The notes below the pieces were generated by a model that was not told the origin of the DNA, searched no databases, and was given only the letters and a program-made list of their open reading frames with translations. From assembly GCA_903858275.1 (NCBI GenBank), contig CAIOIC010000033.1:3994-67993 (forward strand): 64,000 bases of DNA. The letters are read 5' to 3'. The stretch is from an uncultured Verrucomicrobia subdivision 3 bacterium. GTDB lineage: Bacteria > Verrucomicrobiota > Verrucomicrobiia > Limisphaerales > UBA11358. How positions within the stretch are numbered: position 1 is the stretch's first letter; the number at the start of each line of letters is the position of its first letter. A program made the position numbers and the translations under genes. Positions 19,019 through 29,156 of this stretch are shown piece after piece.

Positions 19019-22000
19019 TTATTTCCAATGGTATTCCCGCGCGCCATTCAACTTCAACCGCCACCAGTCACCCTGCGTCTGCGGCGTCACCGCAGGAGCG
19101 GAACCCTCCACACAGCGCACACTGGCTGGGCGGCCAAAACGGGATGCGCTCAATTCAACAACAAAATCACCATCGCGCGGCAACGCCCGCAACACCCATT
19201 CGCCGGCTTCGCGGCGCACCAAAAGGCTGCCGTCCGTGCGCACGTCCCCGAAGTCGAGCACCTTACCGGCCAGATTCAACCGATGCTGATATATGTCGTC
19301 ATTCTCGTCCTTAGCCGCCGCCTCGGTTTCGAAAGTGATTTTTTGTCCACCATCGCGGACGTGCAAGGTTCCCAATCGAATGCCATTCTGTCCGTCGTTG
19401 TGTCCCTGCAACACCAGCCTGCCGACCTCCGACAAAAACAATCCGATGCGCACCCCGTAATCACCATCAGACAGAGCTTCGGGCAGGCGGACGGCATGAG
19501 GACCGTCAGTCAATGTTTCGCTGGTCTTCCAAGTTGAAGTGGGACGCGGCAGGCGGTGATCGTTCTGAAAAGAGATGTCTTTGCCGCTGACGAAATGGAC
19601 GAAGCAGTGGTAGTCACGTGACAAGGTTTCGCCGACACGCCATTGGTAGGCGAGCGTGAAGGCCCGGCTGCCGGTTTGCCGGAACCCGGCAACGGTCGGA
19701 AGGATGCGGTGAATCCCGCTCCGATCCCAAACAGCCGCCGCGCGCGCGTTGGCAAAGGTGCTGTCTTGAGTTTGCGCGTAATCAGCAATGACACCCTGAA
19801 GTTGCGCCGTCCAAGCGGTAACCCCGGCCCCCTGCGCCAGCCAGCCAGATTGCGGCAGGATGAAAGCGTTTTCGCGCAAGGCATTCGTGTCGCTGTTAGC
19901 CGTTACCACCAGTCCATTGTCATAACTGACGCGACCGCGATTCCAGATGCCAGCCTTGGCCGCCGTGGTGCTGTCAACCCAACTACCAGCCACCTGATAT
20001 TCAATTTTCACGGGCTGCGCGGCCGCATAGCGGGCGGTGACCGGCGAGAGCAGATGATGTTCCAGCCAGGCCAGCGGCACATTCATGCAGGTGGCGCTGC
20101 CTAGAAAACCGGCGTGGCCATAAATGACTTCCTGCATCCGATATTGATCGAGCACTGCCATCGGCGGCAAGGCACCCCAAGTCGCCTCGCCCCACCAACG
20201 ATCATAGTAGCCCATGCCGTGATTGAATTGCAGCGGATGGATTTTCAGGAGGTCGAAATCCACCATCAAGGGAGCCGTCCGGCCCATTTTTTCAGGCCAG
20301 CCGAAACCAAACTGCGCCTCGACGCCATCGAGCAGTCCGCTCCAAAACCAATGCCGGCAGCCTTCGCCAAAAACGGGGCCGCCATGATTTTTGCGTTCAA
20401 AAGCCCACAATTGCCGGTGCGTTTCCCACACGGGCCTGAAAGTCGCAGCCCCTTCGGCACCCGCCCGATAATCCACATGAAACCAAGGCATCACCGCAGA
20501 ATGCACATCCAGAAAATTCGCGTTGGGCGAATACTGTTTTTGAATCTTCGCGCTCTCACTGCGCGCCAAAGGCAGAATCGCGTGAGGTTGGATGGCAAAC
20601 GATTGAATCTTCGTGCCCTTATTATACCAAGCCTTGATCAGGTTGCCTTTGGAATCCAGCGCCACATCGTTGGTGTCAAAGCCTTCGTAGTTCGGATAAT
20701 AATCCACATAGTTCTCATGCAAAGCGATGTCGTAACCCAGTTTTTTGGCAGTCGAGACCAACTTTATCATGCCAGCTTCACCACCCAGTTTGGGATTGGC
20801 CGGCACATGGGCGGGCAGCGCGTTGTCGTATCCGCTGCGCTGCCAATTATGGATGATGGCGGCACAGTTATTCAGCCCGTAGCTATGCAGCACGGTTAAA
20901 TTGCAGGCGATGTTTTCAAACTGGCCGCCCCAAATGTCCAAAACGATCTTGTTCGCCAAATGATCCCGGAACGGCGAGGGCGGATTCGGGATGTTGGGCA
21001 GGCTTTCCGCGAGATTCCATCCGGCAGCAAATACCACGCGTTCGTGCAGATCCACCCGGGTTCCGTCCGTGCGCGCACCATAGGTGGCGATGGTGTTTTG
21101 ATGAGTGGATGCCGAAGATTTTGTCCAATCGAGAAACGCGTTGACGAACAGGTTTTCCGTTTTGAGATAAAACACCTGACCGGAATAGTAAGGCACCGGC
21201 ACCGGCCGACGGTGCAACACCGGCCCCCAGCCGCCTGCGTTGAACGTGGCAATCTGCGGCGCGTCACAGCTAATCTCCAGCACCAGACTTTTCCCGCTCA
21301 ATTTCGCCAAACTGCGGAGCGTCGCCAGACGCCCGTCCACTTCATAGGTAGAAACACAAGTAACACCATCAGGCGCTGACTCCAAACGGCTGGACTTGAA
21401 TTTCGCCGTCTGCACCCACTCCAGCCGCGCATCGTTTGCCAGCGGAATGGTTTGGGGAATAGTCTCGCCATGCGGAGTTGCCCGCAACTGCCAGATGCCG
21501 AGTGGTGAATCATCAGCGGTAACCGGTCGGGTTAATTCGTATTGCAGCGTTCCATCGGCACCGTTGTAAGTCAGCGTTGCCTTATCTGCTCTGACTTCCG
21601 TCGTCAGCTTGCCTGCAAACCCGGAGGGCGGCGCGACATCTCCGTTTTGCATCGGATAGAGGCGTTGTAAATCCAAGGGAGGCGGCAGTGCGGATTGTGA
21701 CGTCAGTTTGGGGGTGAAACCTTCCAGCAACAGCTCGCGGCCGCCCCACAAGGCAAAATCAAATGAAGCACTATTCCGCGGTCCCGGATCAGTTTCAAAC
21801 CGCAGCGTGAGGTCTTGACCCGCCATAGCGGTAAGGTCAAAAGCAAACGATTTCCATTTCGCTTCAACGCGATTTTCATCCAGCAACGGGCGTCCGTTCG
21901 CAATGATGCGAAAAGTGGCACCATCTGATTTAGGTTTCTCGCCCGGGCCGGCCAGGGCATCGCTCCGCATCGCAGTCATGCCGATGAGTTGGATGCGCTT

Positions 22001-22339
22001 GACGCTGCCAGCAGGTGGCAGACGAAAACGATATTCCTGAAACGCCACACCGGTTCCGCCACGCCATGGCGGATGAATCAGAAACGCCGCCTGCCCGTTC
22101 TGCTCGCCCGCCGGCTGCAGGGCAACCCCGGTGCGGTCCTCAAAGCCGCCACTCCATCCGTTGGGAAACCGCTTCTCGGCCTGGCCACGATACTGGTATC
22201 CCGCCGCATACAGCCCGATTTCGTCCAAATGCAATCGGTCGGAATCAGGCACGATGGTCGGCGCGGGCGACTGACTGTCCGCCAGAACTGTAAATGGTGC
22301 GATCAATAACAGCGTGATGGCGGTGAAAAAAAGTTTCAT
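19019..22339 (-). CDS. Large secreted protein, glycosidase-like central region, function unknown
   Basis: ORF track 19019..22369 (TTG); ATG at 22339 gives MKLFFTAITLLLIAPFTVLA. No catalytic motif that I can name; the central region ('HENYVDYYPNYEGFD...FLDVHSAV') looks TIM-barrel/GH-like. Confidence 0.55.
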   Translation of the reverse strand: MKLFFTAITLLLIAPFTVLADSQSPAPTIVPDSDRLHLDEIGLYAAGYQYRGQAEKRFPNGWSGGFEDRTGVALQPAGEQNGQAAFLIHPPWRGGTGVAFQEYRFRLPPAGSVKRIQLIGMTAMRSDALAGPGEKPKSDGATFRIIANGRPLLDENRVEAKWKSFAFDLTAMAGQDLTLRFETDPGPRNSASFDFALWGGRELLLEGFTPKLTSQSALPPPLDLQRLYPMQNGDVAPPSGFAGKLTTEVRADKATLTYNGADGTLQYELTRPVTADDSPLGIWQLRATPHGETIPQTIPLANDARLEWVQTAKFKSSRLESAPDGVTCVSTYEVDGRLATLRSLAKLSGKSLVLEISCDAPQIATFNAGGWGPVLHRRPVPVPYYSGQVFYLKTENLFVNAFLDWTKSSASTHQNTIATYGARTDGTRVDLHERVVFAAGWNLAESLPNIPNPPSPFRDHLANKIVLDIWGGQFENIACNLTVLHSYGLNNCAAIIHNWQRSGYDNALPAHVPANPKLGGEAGMIKLVSTAKKLGYDIALHENYVDYYPNYEGFDTNDVALDSKGNLIKAWYNKGTKIQSFAIQPHAILPLARSESAKIQKQYSPNANFLDVHSAVMPWFHVDYRAGAEGAATFRPVWETHRQLWAFERKNHGGPVFGEGCRHWFWSGLLDGVEAQFGFGWPEKMGRTAPLMVDFDLLKIHPLQFNHGMGYYDRWWGEATWGALPPMAVLDQYRMQEVIYGHAGFLGSATCMNVPLAWLEHHLLSPVTARYAAAQPVKIEYQVAGSWVDSTTAAKAGIWNRGRVSYDNGLVVTANSDTNALRENAFILPQSGWLAQGAGVTAWTAQLQGVIADYAQTQDSTFANARAAAVWDRSGIHRILPTVAGFRQTGSRAFTLAYQWRVGETLSRDYHCFVHFVSGKDISFQNDHRLPRPTSTWKTSETLTDGPHAVRLPEALSDGDYGVRIGLFLSEVGRLVLQGHNDGQNGIRLGTLHVRDGGQKITFETEAAAKDENDDIYQHRLNLAGKVLDFGDVRTDGSLLVRREAGEWVLRALPRDGDFVVELSASRFGRPASVRCVEGSAPAVTPQTQGDWWRLKLNGAREYHWK

Positions 22340-22573
22340 GATTATTCCGTAGTGTTTTTTGTGAGACAAACTTTGGTGCCCGGTTTTACAACGCCGACAT
22401 CCTGGCCTCCGAACATCATGTACATGATAGGCCTTTATGTTGACGCGGTGTTTGCAAGAGAGAGATTTTGATTGGCTCGAGGCGAAAGCGCAAGAATCGC
22501 TTCAGATACTTTTTCGAAAGGAACCGGCATTGTCTGGTTGTCAGCCACCTAAAATCTTTGTTAGCTTCAGCTT

Positions 22574-24862
22574 GTGGCCGCCACCCCAACACCGACGCCG
22601 AAAAAATCCCCACCAACTTGGCTTGTACTGATTGCCGCAATCATTTTTCTGGCACCGGCGACAATCTGGTGGGTTACCGCGCCAACAAAATCAGGCACTT
22701 CTCGCATCAGTCACAATACTCCATTCAAACTTGCGCCGGAAAAAACGGTTTTTGCCACGTATGTCGGATCCGTCAGTTGCAAGGAATGCCATGAAGAAGC
22801 TTACAACCTCTGGGCAAAATCAAGCCACGGATTGGCGGAGCGACTGCCCGAGGCAAAACGGGACGCCGTGGCCTTTGATCCGGCGCGCACACTCAAGCAT
22901 GGCACTCAGCAAACCTCTTTCCGCCAAAGAGAGGGCCATTACGAAATCATCACCGCCGGACCCCACGGCACCAATGAGCTTTTCCCCGTGCAACGCATCC
23001 TCGCCAATGTGCCGCTGCGTCAGGCACTGATTGCCTTTCCCGGTGGACGCTTACAGGCCACCGAGGCGGCATGGGATCCGAAAGCCAACGAGTGGTTCAA
23101 TGTCTATGGCAACGAGGATCGAAAGCCGGGCGAGTGGGGACATTGGACCGGACGCGGCATGAATTGGAATTCCATGTGCGCTGCATGTCACAACACCCGA
23201 ACCCGAAAAAATTACGACACCAGCACCGACACTTATCATACCACGATGGTGGAAATGAGTGTCACTTGTGAAGCCTGTCACGGACCGCTCAAAGCACATG
23301 TGGACTGGCAGAAACAAAATCGCAACCAGAACCGGAAGGATCCTACCACCTCCAAACGAACCCCCAATCAACTCATGGACGCCTGCGCTTCCTGCCATGC
23401 CCGCCGGGCGGAATTGACCGGCGACTTCAAGCCGGGCGATACGTTTCTGGATCATTACGATCTCACCATCGTGGATCAAAGCGACACGTTTTATCCGGAC
23501 GGACAGATTCGCGATGAGGACTATGAGTTCAGCGCTTTCATGGGCAGCAAAATGCATCAGGCGGGTGTGACCTGCCTGGATTGCCACCCCCGCGCCTTAC
23601 ACCTGCCCCGATTGCAAGGCAACGACATGTGCCAGCGCTGCCATGCGGGTGGCCTGCAAAAAGCGCCCATCATCAAACCAGAAGAACACTCCCATCACCC
23701 CGCCGGCAGCAAGGGGAATGAATGCGTTGCCTGCCACATGCCGGTGACGGTTTACATGCAGCGGCACCCGCGCCACGATCATGGCCTCACCATTCCGGAC
23801 CCGCTGCTGACCAAGCAATTCGGCATCCCAAACGCCTGCGAGCGCTGCCATGCCGACAAGGGCACGGACTGGAATCTAAAATCCGTCGAGCAATGGTATG
23901 GCACGAACATGAACCGGCCCTATCGCCAGCGCGCCCAAACCGTGGCCCGCGCCCGACAAGGCGATGACGGCGCGGTGGAACCGCTGCTCAACATGTTGAA
24001 GCTGGATGACAACTCCTACTGGCGCGCCGCGGCCGCCAATCTCCTGCAACGCTGGAGCGATGAACCCCAAGTTGGCACCAACTTGCTTGGCCAGTTGAAT
24101 CACACCAACGCGCTGGTGCGGCAAATGGTGGTGCGCGCGCTGGGACCGCTGACCCGGGAAGGCCGAACCGAGGTGACAGAGGCGATTCAACCGAAGTTAA
24201 AAGACAGCTCCCGCAACGTGCGCATCGAAGCCGCCCAACATCTGGTCGCGACACTCGATACGAACTCACTGGCGGGCAGCGAGTATCTCCACTTTCTCGA
24301 CCAGATTGCCGACCAACCGCTCGGCCAGATGCAGCGCGGCGTATTTGAATTACAGCGCGGCGACCCGACCAACGCCCTGACCCATTACCAAACGGCGGTG
24401 AAATGGGATCCTTATTCGCCGGGAATCCGACATGAACTGGCCATGGTGCTCAGCCAGATGGGGCGCGCCAGCGACGCGGTGAAAGAATTGCAAGCGGCTG
24501 TCAAACTCACGCCGGGCGATGCCGAATTCCACTACAAACTGGCGCTCGCCTACAACGAACTGAGCGAACCGGGGAAAGTATTGCCCGAACTGGAAGAAGC
24601 CGTGAAACTCGACCCCCATCACGCCCGCGCCGGTTACAATCTGGGTCTCGCGCGCAACGCCGCCGGCAATCCGACCGGCGCCATCCAAGCCCTGCTTGCC
24701 GCCGAAACCGCCGATCCGCGCGACCCGCGCATTCCCTACGCCCGCGCCACGATTCATGCGCAGCTAGGACAAATCAGCGAAGCGCGCAACGCCGCGCGAC
24801 GGGCACTGGAGTTGAATCCAAGATTTACCGGAGCGGCGAGCTTGCTCCAGCAACTTCAGTAA
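22574..24862 (+). CDS. Membrane-anchored octaheme c-type cytochrome fused to HEAT-like and TPR repeats
   Basis: GTG start and an N-terminal TM segment (WLVLIAAIIFLAPATIWWV). Eight CXXCH motifs read directly: CKECH, CAACH, CEACH, CASCH, CLDCH, CQRCH, CVACH, CERCH. The C-terminal half has HEAT-like ('NALVRQMVVRALGPL', 'NVRIEAAQHL') and TPR-like repeats. Confidence 0.85.
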   Translation: MAATPTPTPKKSPPTWLVLIAAIIFLAPATIWWVTAPTKSGTSRISHNTPFKLAPEKTVFATYVGSVSCKECHEEAYNLWAKSSHGLAERLPEAKRDAVAFDPARTLKHGTQQTSFRQREGHYEIITAGPHGTNELFPVQRILANVPLRQALIAFPGGRLQATEAAWDPKANEWFNVYGNEDRKPGEWGHWTGRGMNWNSMCAACHNTRTRKNYDTSTDTYHTTMVEMSVTCEACHGPLKAHVDWQKQNRNQNRKDPTTSKRTPNQLMDACASCHARRAELTGDFKPGDTFLDHYDLTIVDQSDTFYPDGQIRDEDYEFSAFMGSKMHQAGVTCLDCHPRALHLPRLQGNDMCQRCHAGGLQKAPIIKPEEHSHHPAGSKGNECVACHMPVTVYMQRHPRHDHGLTIPDPLLTKQFGIPNACERCHADKGTDWNLKSVEQWYGTNMNRPYRQRAQTVARARQGDDGAVEPLLNMLKLDDNSYWRAAAANLLQRWSDEPQVGTNLLGQLNHTNALVRQMVVRALGPLTREGRTEVTEAIQPKLKDSSRNVRIEAAQHLVATLDTNSLAGSEYLHFLDQIADQPLGQMQRGVFELQRGDPTNALTHYQTAVKWDPYSPGIRHELAMVLSQMGRASDAVKELQAAVKLTPGDAEFHYKLALAYNELSEPGKVLPELEEAVKLDPHHARAGYNLGLARNAAGNPTGAIQALLAAETADPRDPRIPYARATIHAQLGQISEARNAARRALELNPRFTGAASLLQQLQ

Positions 24863-24949
24863 CCCCAACCGTCATCACCGATGGCAATTAAACGCGTCCT
24901 TAACTCGTATCAGCCGGATCATTTTACTCAGGCAAAAATTCCACCATAT

Positions 24950-25708
24950 ATGATTAGCAGACTAACAACTTGGCTTTTGGGCGCGGGCGCAGTCTTCTTT
25001 TTTACCATCGCCCAAGGAGCGATCCTTGAATCATGGACTTTTGAAGATAAGGATCCTTTTCATCACTTGGCGAAAGAAGGGGAAGATCCAACAATCGTTC
25101 CCGATCCGTTGAATTCAAAAAACCAGGTGATGAAGTCCGTCCTCAACACCACCTCCAAACGATCCGGGAGATCGGAGGTCCGGTGGGATAAAATCAAGCC
25201 GGGGCAGGAACGCTGGATCGGCGTCAAGATACTGGTTGCGGGAAAAAACCCGATGCGGCAGTGCCTGTTTCAACTTGGCCCCATCAACTACATGAACTCC
25301 GGCGTCCCCGGCACCGGTTATTTCCAAATTCAGCGGGGCGACAATTCGGTGGCGTGGATGCTGCGCGGCTTTTTGGAACGCGTCAATCTTCCCGGCGGCG
25401 GTCACCTGCCTCGAATCAATCTGAGCGCGGGGCCCCTGCAATTGGGGGTCTGGCAAAAATGGGTTGTTCACTCCAAGATTTCCACGGGCAGCGATGGCAT
25501 TCTGGAGTTTTGGCGGGGGACTCAGAAAGTCTATGAACTCAAGGGCCGGAACTGTTCGGTCTCACCCTATTTCTGTCCGGTCAAATGGGGCATCTATATC
25601 GGGGAAGACAATCACTTGACCGAGAATGCCACGGCCTATTTTGACAACATCCTCCTAGCCGACGAACACAGCAGTCTGACCGAGATCCTGAAGGATTTGG
25701 ATCAATAA
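24950..25708 (+). CDS. Secreted concanavalin-like/polysaccharide-lyase-like protein
   Basis: ORF track 24881..25708; ATG at 24950 gives a signal-like MISRLTTWLLGAGAVFFFTIAQG. 'RSEVRW...', 'KWGIYIG' and 'YFDNILLAD' resemble the PF14099-type lyase/jelly-roll pattern from memory. Confidence 0.4.
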   Translation: MISRLTTWLLGAGAVFFFTIAQGAILESWTFEDKDPFHHLAKEGEDPTIVPDPLNSKNQVMKSVLNTTSKRSGRSEVRWDKIKPGQERWIGVKILVAGKNPMRQCLFQLGPINYMNSGVPGTGYFQIQRGDNSVAWMLRGFLERVNLPGGGHLPRINLSAGPLQLGVWQKWVVHSKISTGSDGILEFWRGTQKVYELKGRNCSVSPYFCPVKWGIYIGEDNHLTENATAYFDNILLADEHSSLTEILKDLDQ

Positions 25709-25834
25709 TCGCCATTCCGATCACACCTCAATTTAGCCGGCGGGATTGAACCCGGAAAGTTTTCAGGAGCATTTTTAGCGTGCTTCCGTCCAATCCTTTG
25801 ATAGAACGTGAAATCTAGCAAACCCAATTCCGCC

Positions 25835-27280
25835 ATGAAAAAAAACATTATACCGCTGCTTGCCCTCACCGCCTTTGCGCTCACCGCGACCGCCCAGCCC
25901 GCGCTCACCATCTACAACCAGAACTTCGCCGTCGTGCGCGATTCCGTTGCTCTCGACCTGAAAGCCGGTGCCAACGCCTTGCGCTATTCAGGGGCAACGG
26001 CGCAGGTCGAGGCGGACTCGGTGATTCTCCGTGACCCGGCGGGCAAACGCTCGCTGCAAATCCTCGAGCAGAATTACCGGAACGACCCCGTCTCGCAGGA
26101 TTTGCTATTGTCCCTGTTTGAAGGCAAGACGGTTGATTTTGAAAAGGTGCGGATGAAAGACAACACCCAGACGCGCGAATTGATTCCCGGAAAAATCATC
26201 CGCAGCGGCTACATTCCCGGTGGCGGCTCGCAGCAGCCCATCATTGAGGTGAACGGCAAGCTGCAATTCTTCCTGCCCGGCCAGCCGCTCTTTGCCAGCC
26301 TGGGCGACGACACAATTCTCAAGCCCGCCTTCAACTGGCTGCTACAATCCGACAAATCCGGCAAGTTTGATGCGGAGGTCGGCTACGTCACCGGCGGGTT
26401 TGACTGGAGCGCCAGCTACAACCTCGTCTCGCCGGAGAAAGGCGACTACGTGGACATCGTCGGGTGGATCACGATGAACAACAACAGCGGCAAGACATTT
26501 GAGAACGCCAAGATCAAGCTGCTAGCCGGCGACGTAAATAAAATTCAGCCGGCACACGCAATTGGCGGAATGATGAGAGCGAAAGCCATGAATTTTGGGA
26601 TGGCCGATGCGGCAGCTCCGGCCGTCACCGAGAAAGCGTTTGATGAATTTCATCTTTATTCCATCGCACGGGCCACGACGCTACATGACCGCGAGACGAA
26701 ACAGGTGGAATTTGTTCACGCCGAAAAAATGCTGGCCCCAACAATCTACGTTTATGACAGCGCAACGGGTTATCGGTTTTACGGTCTCAATTACGACCAG
26801 GGCTACGGCCAGTCTGACAACAAGAAAATCATCGTCCAGCGGGAATTCAAAAACGCCGAGACCAACAAACTCGGCATCGCCTTGCCGGCGGGCAAGCTGC
26901 GTTTCTATCGCCGGGACAGCGACGGCCAGTTGCAGTTCGTCGGCGAAAACACCATTGACCACACTCCGCGCAACGAAACCGTGCGCGTGACCACCGGCAA
27001 CGCCTTCGACCTCGTCGGCGAGCGCAAGCAGACGAACTTCCGCGTGGATCGGGGCGACAAGTGGATCGATGAAACGTTTGAAATCAAGCTCCGCAACCGC
27101 AAGAAAACCGACGCCGTGGAAATCCGCGTGGTCGAACATCTTTACCGCTGGAGCAATTGGAGCATCACCAAGTCATCGGACAAGTTTGAGAAGAAAGACG
27201 CTCAGACCATCGAGTTCCGCATCCCCGTGAAGCCGGATGAGGAAAAGATCGTGACCTACACGGTGCATTATTCGTGGTGA
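25835..27280 (+). CDS. DUF4139 (MuiA-like) domain protein, secreted
   Basis: ATG at 25835 (MKKNIIPLLALTAFALTATAQP). 'LTIYNQNFAVVRDSVALDLKAGAN...' is the DUF4140/DUF4139 N-terminal pattern. Confidence 0.7.
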   Translation: MKKNIIPLLALTAFALTATAQPALTIYNQNFAVVRDSVALDLKAGANALRYSGATAQVEADSVILRDPAGKRSLQILEQNYRNDPVSQDLLLSLFEGKTVDFEKVRMKDNTQTRELIPGKIIRSGYIPGGGSQQPIIEVNGKLQFFLPGQPLFASLGDDTILKPAFNWLLQSDKSGKFDAEVGYVTGGFDWSASYNLVSPEKGDYVDIVGWITMNNNSGKTFENAKIKLLAGDVNKIQPAHAIGGMMRAKAMNFGMADAAAPAVTEKAFDEFHLYSIARATTLHDRETKQVEFVHAEKMLAPTIYVYDSATGYRFYGLNYDQGYGQSDNKKIIVQREFKNAETNKLGIALPAGKLRFYRRDSDGQLQFVGENTIDHTPRNETVRVTTGNAFDLVGERKQTNFRVDRGDKWIDETFEIKLRNRKKTDAVEIRVVEHLYRWSNWSITKSSDKFEKKDAQTIEFRIPVKPDEEKIVTYTVHYSW

Positions 27281-27361
27281 GCGGATTCGCTTCGCCAGAG
27301 AGCAACGCCGTTTCTCATTTCCGTGCTTTGACATCGCCCGGAAGTTTTTTACCTTGAACCG

Positions 27362-28699
27362 ATGATTACCCAGCGTTGCCACCTTTTTCTCACCACTCTA
27401 TTCACGTTCGGCGTCCTGCTAAATGGCGGCGCGGTGCCACCTACGGCGGACTACGAACTCAAGCCAACCAACTCCTATTTCATCAAGTTCAACCCCATCA
27501 AGGCACCGGCGCCGGGGCCATTGCTGCTGAAGACCGGCGACCGCCTCGCCATCATCGGCGATTCCATCACGGAACAAAAAATCTATTCGCGGATCATCGA
27601 GACTTACCTCACGGTCTGCGTGCCGGAACTGAAGATCACCGCGCGGCAATTCGGCTGGAGCGGCGAAACCGCCGAAGGATTTTTGCGGCGCATGACCAAT
27701 GATTGTCTTCGTTTCAATCCCACCGTGGCCACACTGTGCTACGGGATGAACGATCACCGCTACCGGCCGTTCGATGTGAAAAACGGCGACTGGTATGTGG
27801 CCAATTATTCCGCCGTGGTCAGCAGTTTGCAGAACGCCGGGGCGCGCGTGGTGCTCGGCTCGCCCGGTTGCGTGGGCAAAGTGCCCGGCTGGACGAAATC
27901 CAGCGCTTATACGCGCGATGAATTGAATGTGAACCTTTGTGTCCTGCGCGACCTTGACATCACCATCGCCAATAATGCCAACGCCCGTTTCGCCGACATT
28001 TTTTGGACGATGTTCAAGGCCGGCTACGAAGGCGAGAACCGCTACGCCACCACCAATGAGTCTTACATGATCTCCGGCAAAGACGGCGTTCATCCCGGTC
28101 TGGCCGGCCATCTGGTGATGGCGTATTGCTTCCTGCGCGCGCTGGGATTGGACGGCGACCTCGGCACGCTCACCGTGGACCTCGGCGCACAAACTGCCAC
28201 GGCGACGGCCGGCCATCAGGTGGAAAGTTTCCAGCACAATGAGCTGATTGTCACCAGCCGCAAGTATCCGTTCTGCGCCGGAGGTGAGATCAACAGCGAT
28301 AATTCCCTCCGCTCCGGCACCACGCTGGTTCCTTTCTTTGAGGAATTAAGCCGCTTCCGCATCGTGGTGAAGAACGCCGCTGCGCCGCAGTATCAAATCA
28401 TCTGGGGCCAGACCACCAACACCTATACCACCGCGCAACTCGCCAGCGGCGTGAACCTCGCCGCCGATTTCGTGGCGAATCCATTTTGCGACGCGTTCAG
28501 GAAAATGGATGACGCCGTCGCCGCGAAACAAGCCTACGAAACCAAGCAGATCAAGCAGGTCTTCCACAGCAAGGAAGCCAAGGCCAACATGGACAAGGCG
28601 GTCGCCGACACGGAAGCGGAACGATCCCCGCTCGCCGCCGCCATTGCCAACGCGATGGGGCCGGTGCGCCACAGCATCGCGATCCGGCCGGTGCAGTGA
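27362..28699 (+). CDS. Secreted SGNH/GDSL hydrolase with C-terminal extension
   Basis: Block I 'LAIIGDSITEQ', block III 'CYGMNDH', block V 'DGVHPG'. Confidence 0.8.
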   Translation: MITQRCHLFLTTLFTFGVLLNGGAVPPTADYELKPTNSYFIKFNPIKAPAPGPLLLKTGDRLAIIGDSITEQKIYSRIIETYLTVCVPELKITARQFGWSGETAEGFLRRMTNDCLRFNPTVATLCYGMNDHRYRPFDVKNGDWYVANYSAVVSSLQNAGARVVLGSPGCVGKVPGWTKSSAYTRDELNVNLCVLRDLDITIANNANARFADIFWTMFKAGYEGENRYATTNESYMISGKDGVHPGLAGHLVMAYCFLRALGLDGDLGTLTVDLGAQTATATAGHQVESFQHNELIVTSRKYPFCAGGEINSDNSLRSGTTLVPFFEELSRFRIVVKNAAAPQYQIIWGQTTNTYTTAQLASGVNLAADFVANPFCDAFRKMDDAVAAKQAYETKQIKQVFHSKEAKANMDKAVADTEAERSPLAAAIANAMGPVRHSIAIRPVQ

Positions 28700-29000
28700 A
28701 GAGATGCGGGATGCTCGATACGGGTGGCTGGATGCTCGTGGCTGGATACTGAGGTCTCGGAGGGGCAATTGTTGTAAGTGGTTGATAGAGCATCCAAAAC
28801 TTGACCGTTTCCTTGTCTCGCCTGATAAAACCCGCATGAATAAAGGGTTTCGCGACAAAAACGGTGGCCACTGTCAGTGAAATTGTCAGTTTTGAGCCGA
28901 TTTAATCACCAATCTGCTCTGCCTGACTTAAATTCCTGAGACCCGCCCACTAGCCCTTAATGGGGTAGCGACCTTCTGTTGTAAGATTCGGATTCGACCT

Positions 29001-29156
29001 ATGAAAACGAAGCTCACACTGTTCCGCCGCAACGGAATTTATTATTCACAAGACTCAACCACCGGCAATACTACATACATGGGGAACGTTGCGACAACAA
29101 CGGAACGGGCGAAACATCCAACCAGCGAACATCACGGCAAGCCCACGGCCCGATAG
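29001..29156 (+). pseudogene. Possible N-terminal remnant of a tyrosine-recombinase/integrase gene
   Basis: Short ORF MKTKLTLFRRNGIYYSQDSTTGNTTYMGNVATTTERAKH..., which resembles integrase N-termini ('...LFRR.NGIYYSQD..TGK') from memory. It is truncated after 51 codons and overlaps the 3' end of the giant minus-strand gene. Confidence 0.3.

Noticed and set aside
28940-29000. tRNA fragment or att site next to the integrase remnant (GATTCGGATTCGACC)
   Set aside because: It only superficially resembles a T-arm (GGTTCGAATCC). No acceptor or anticodon structure can be drawn.
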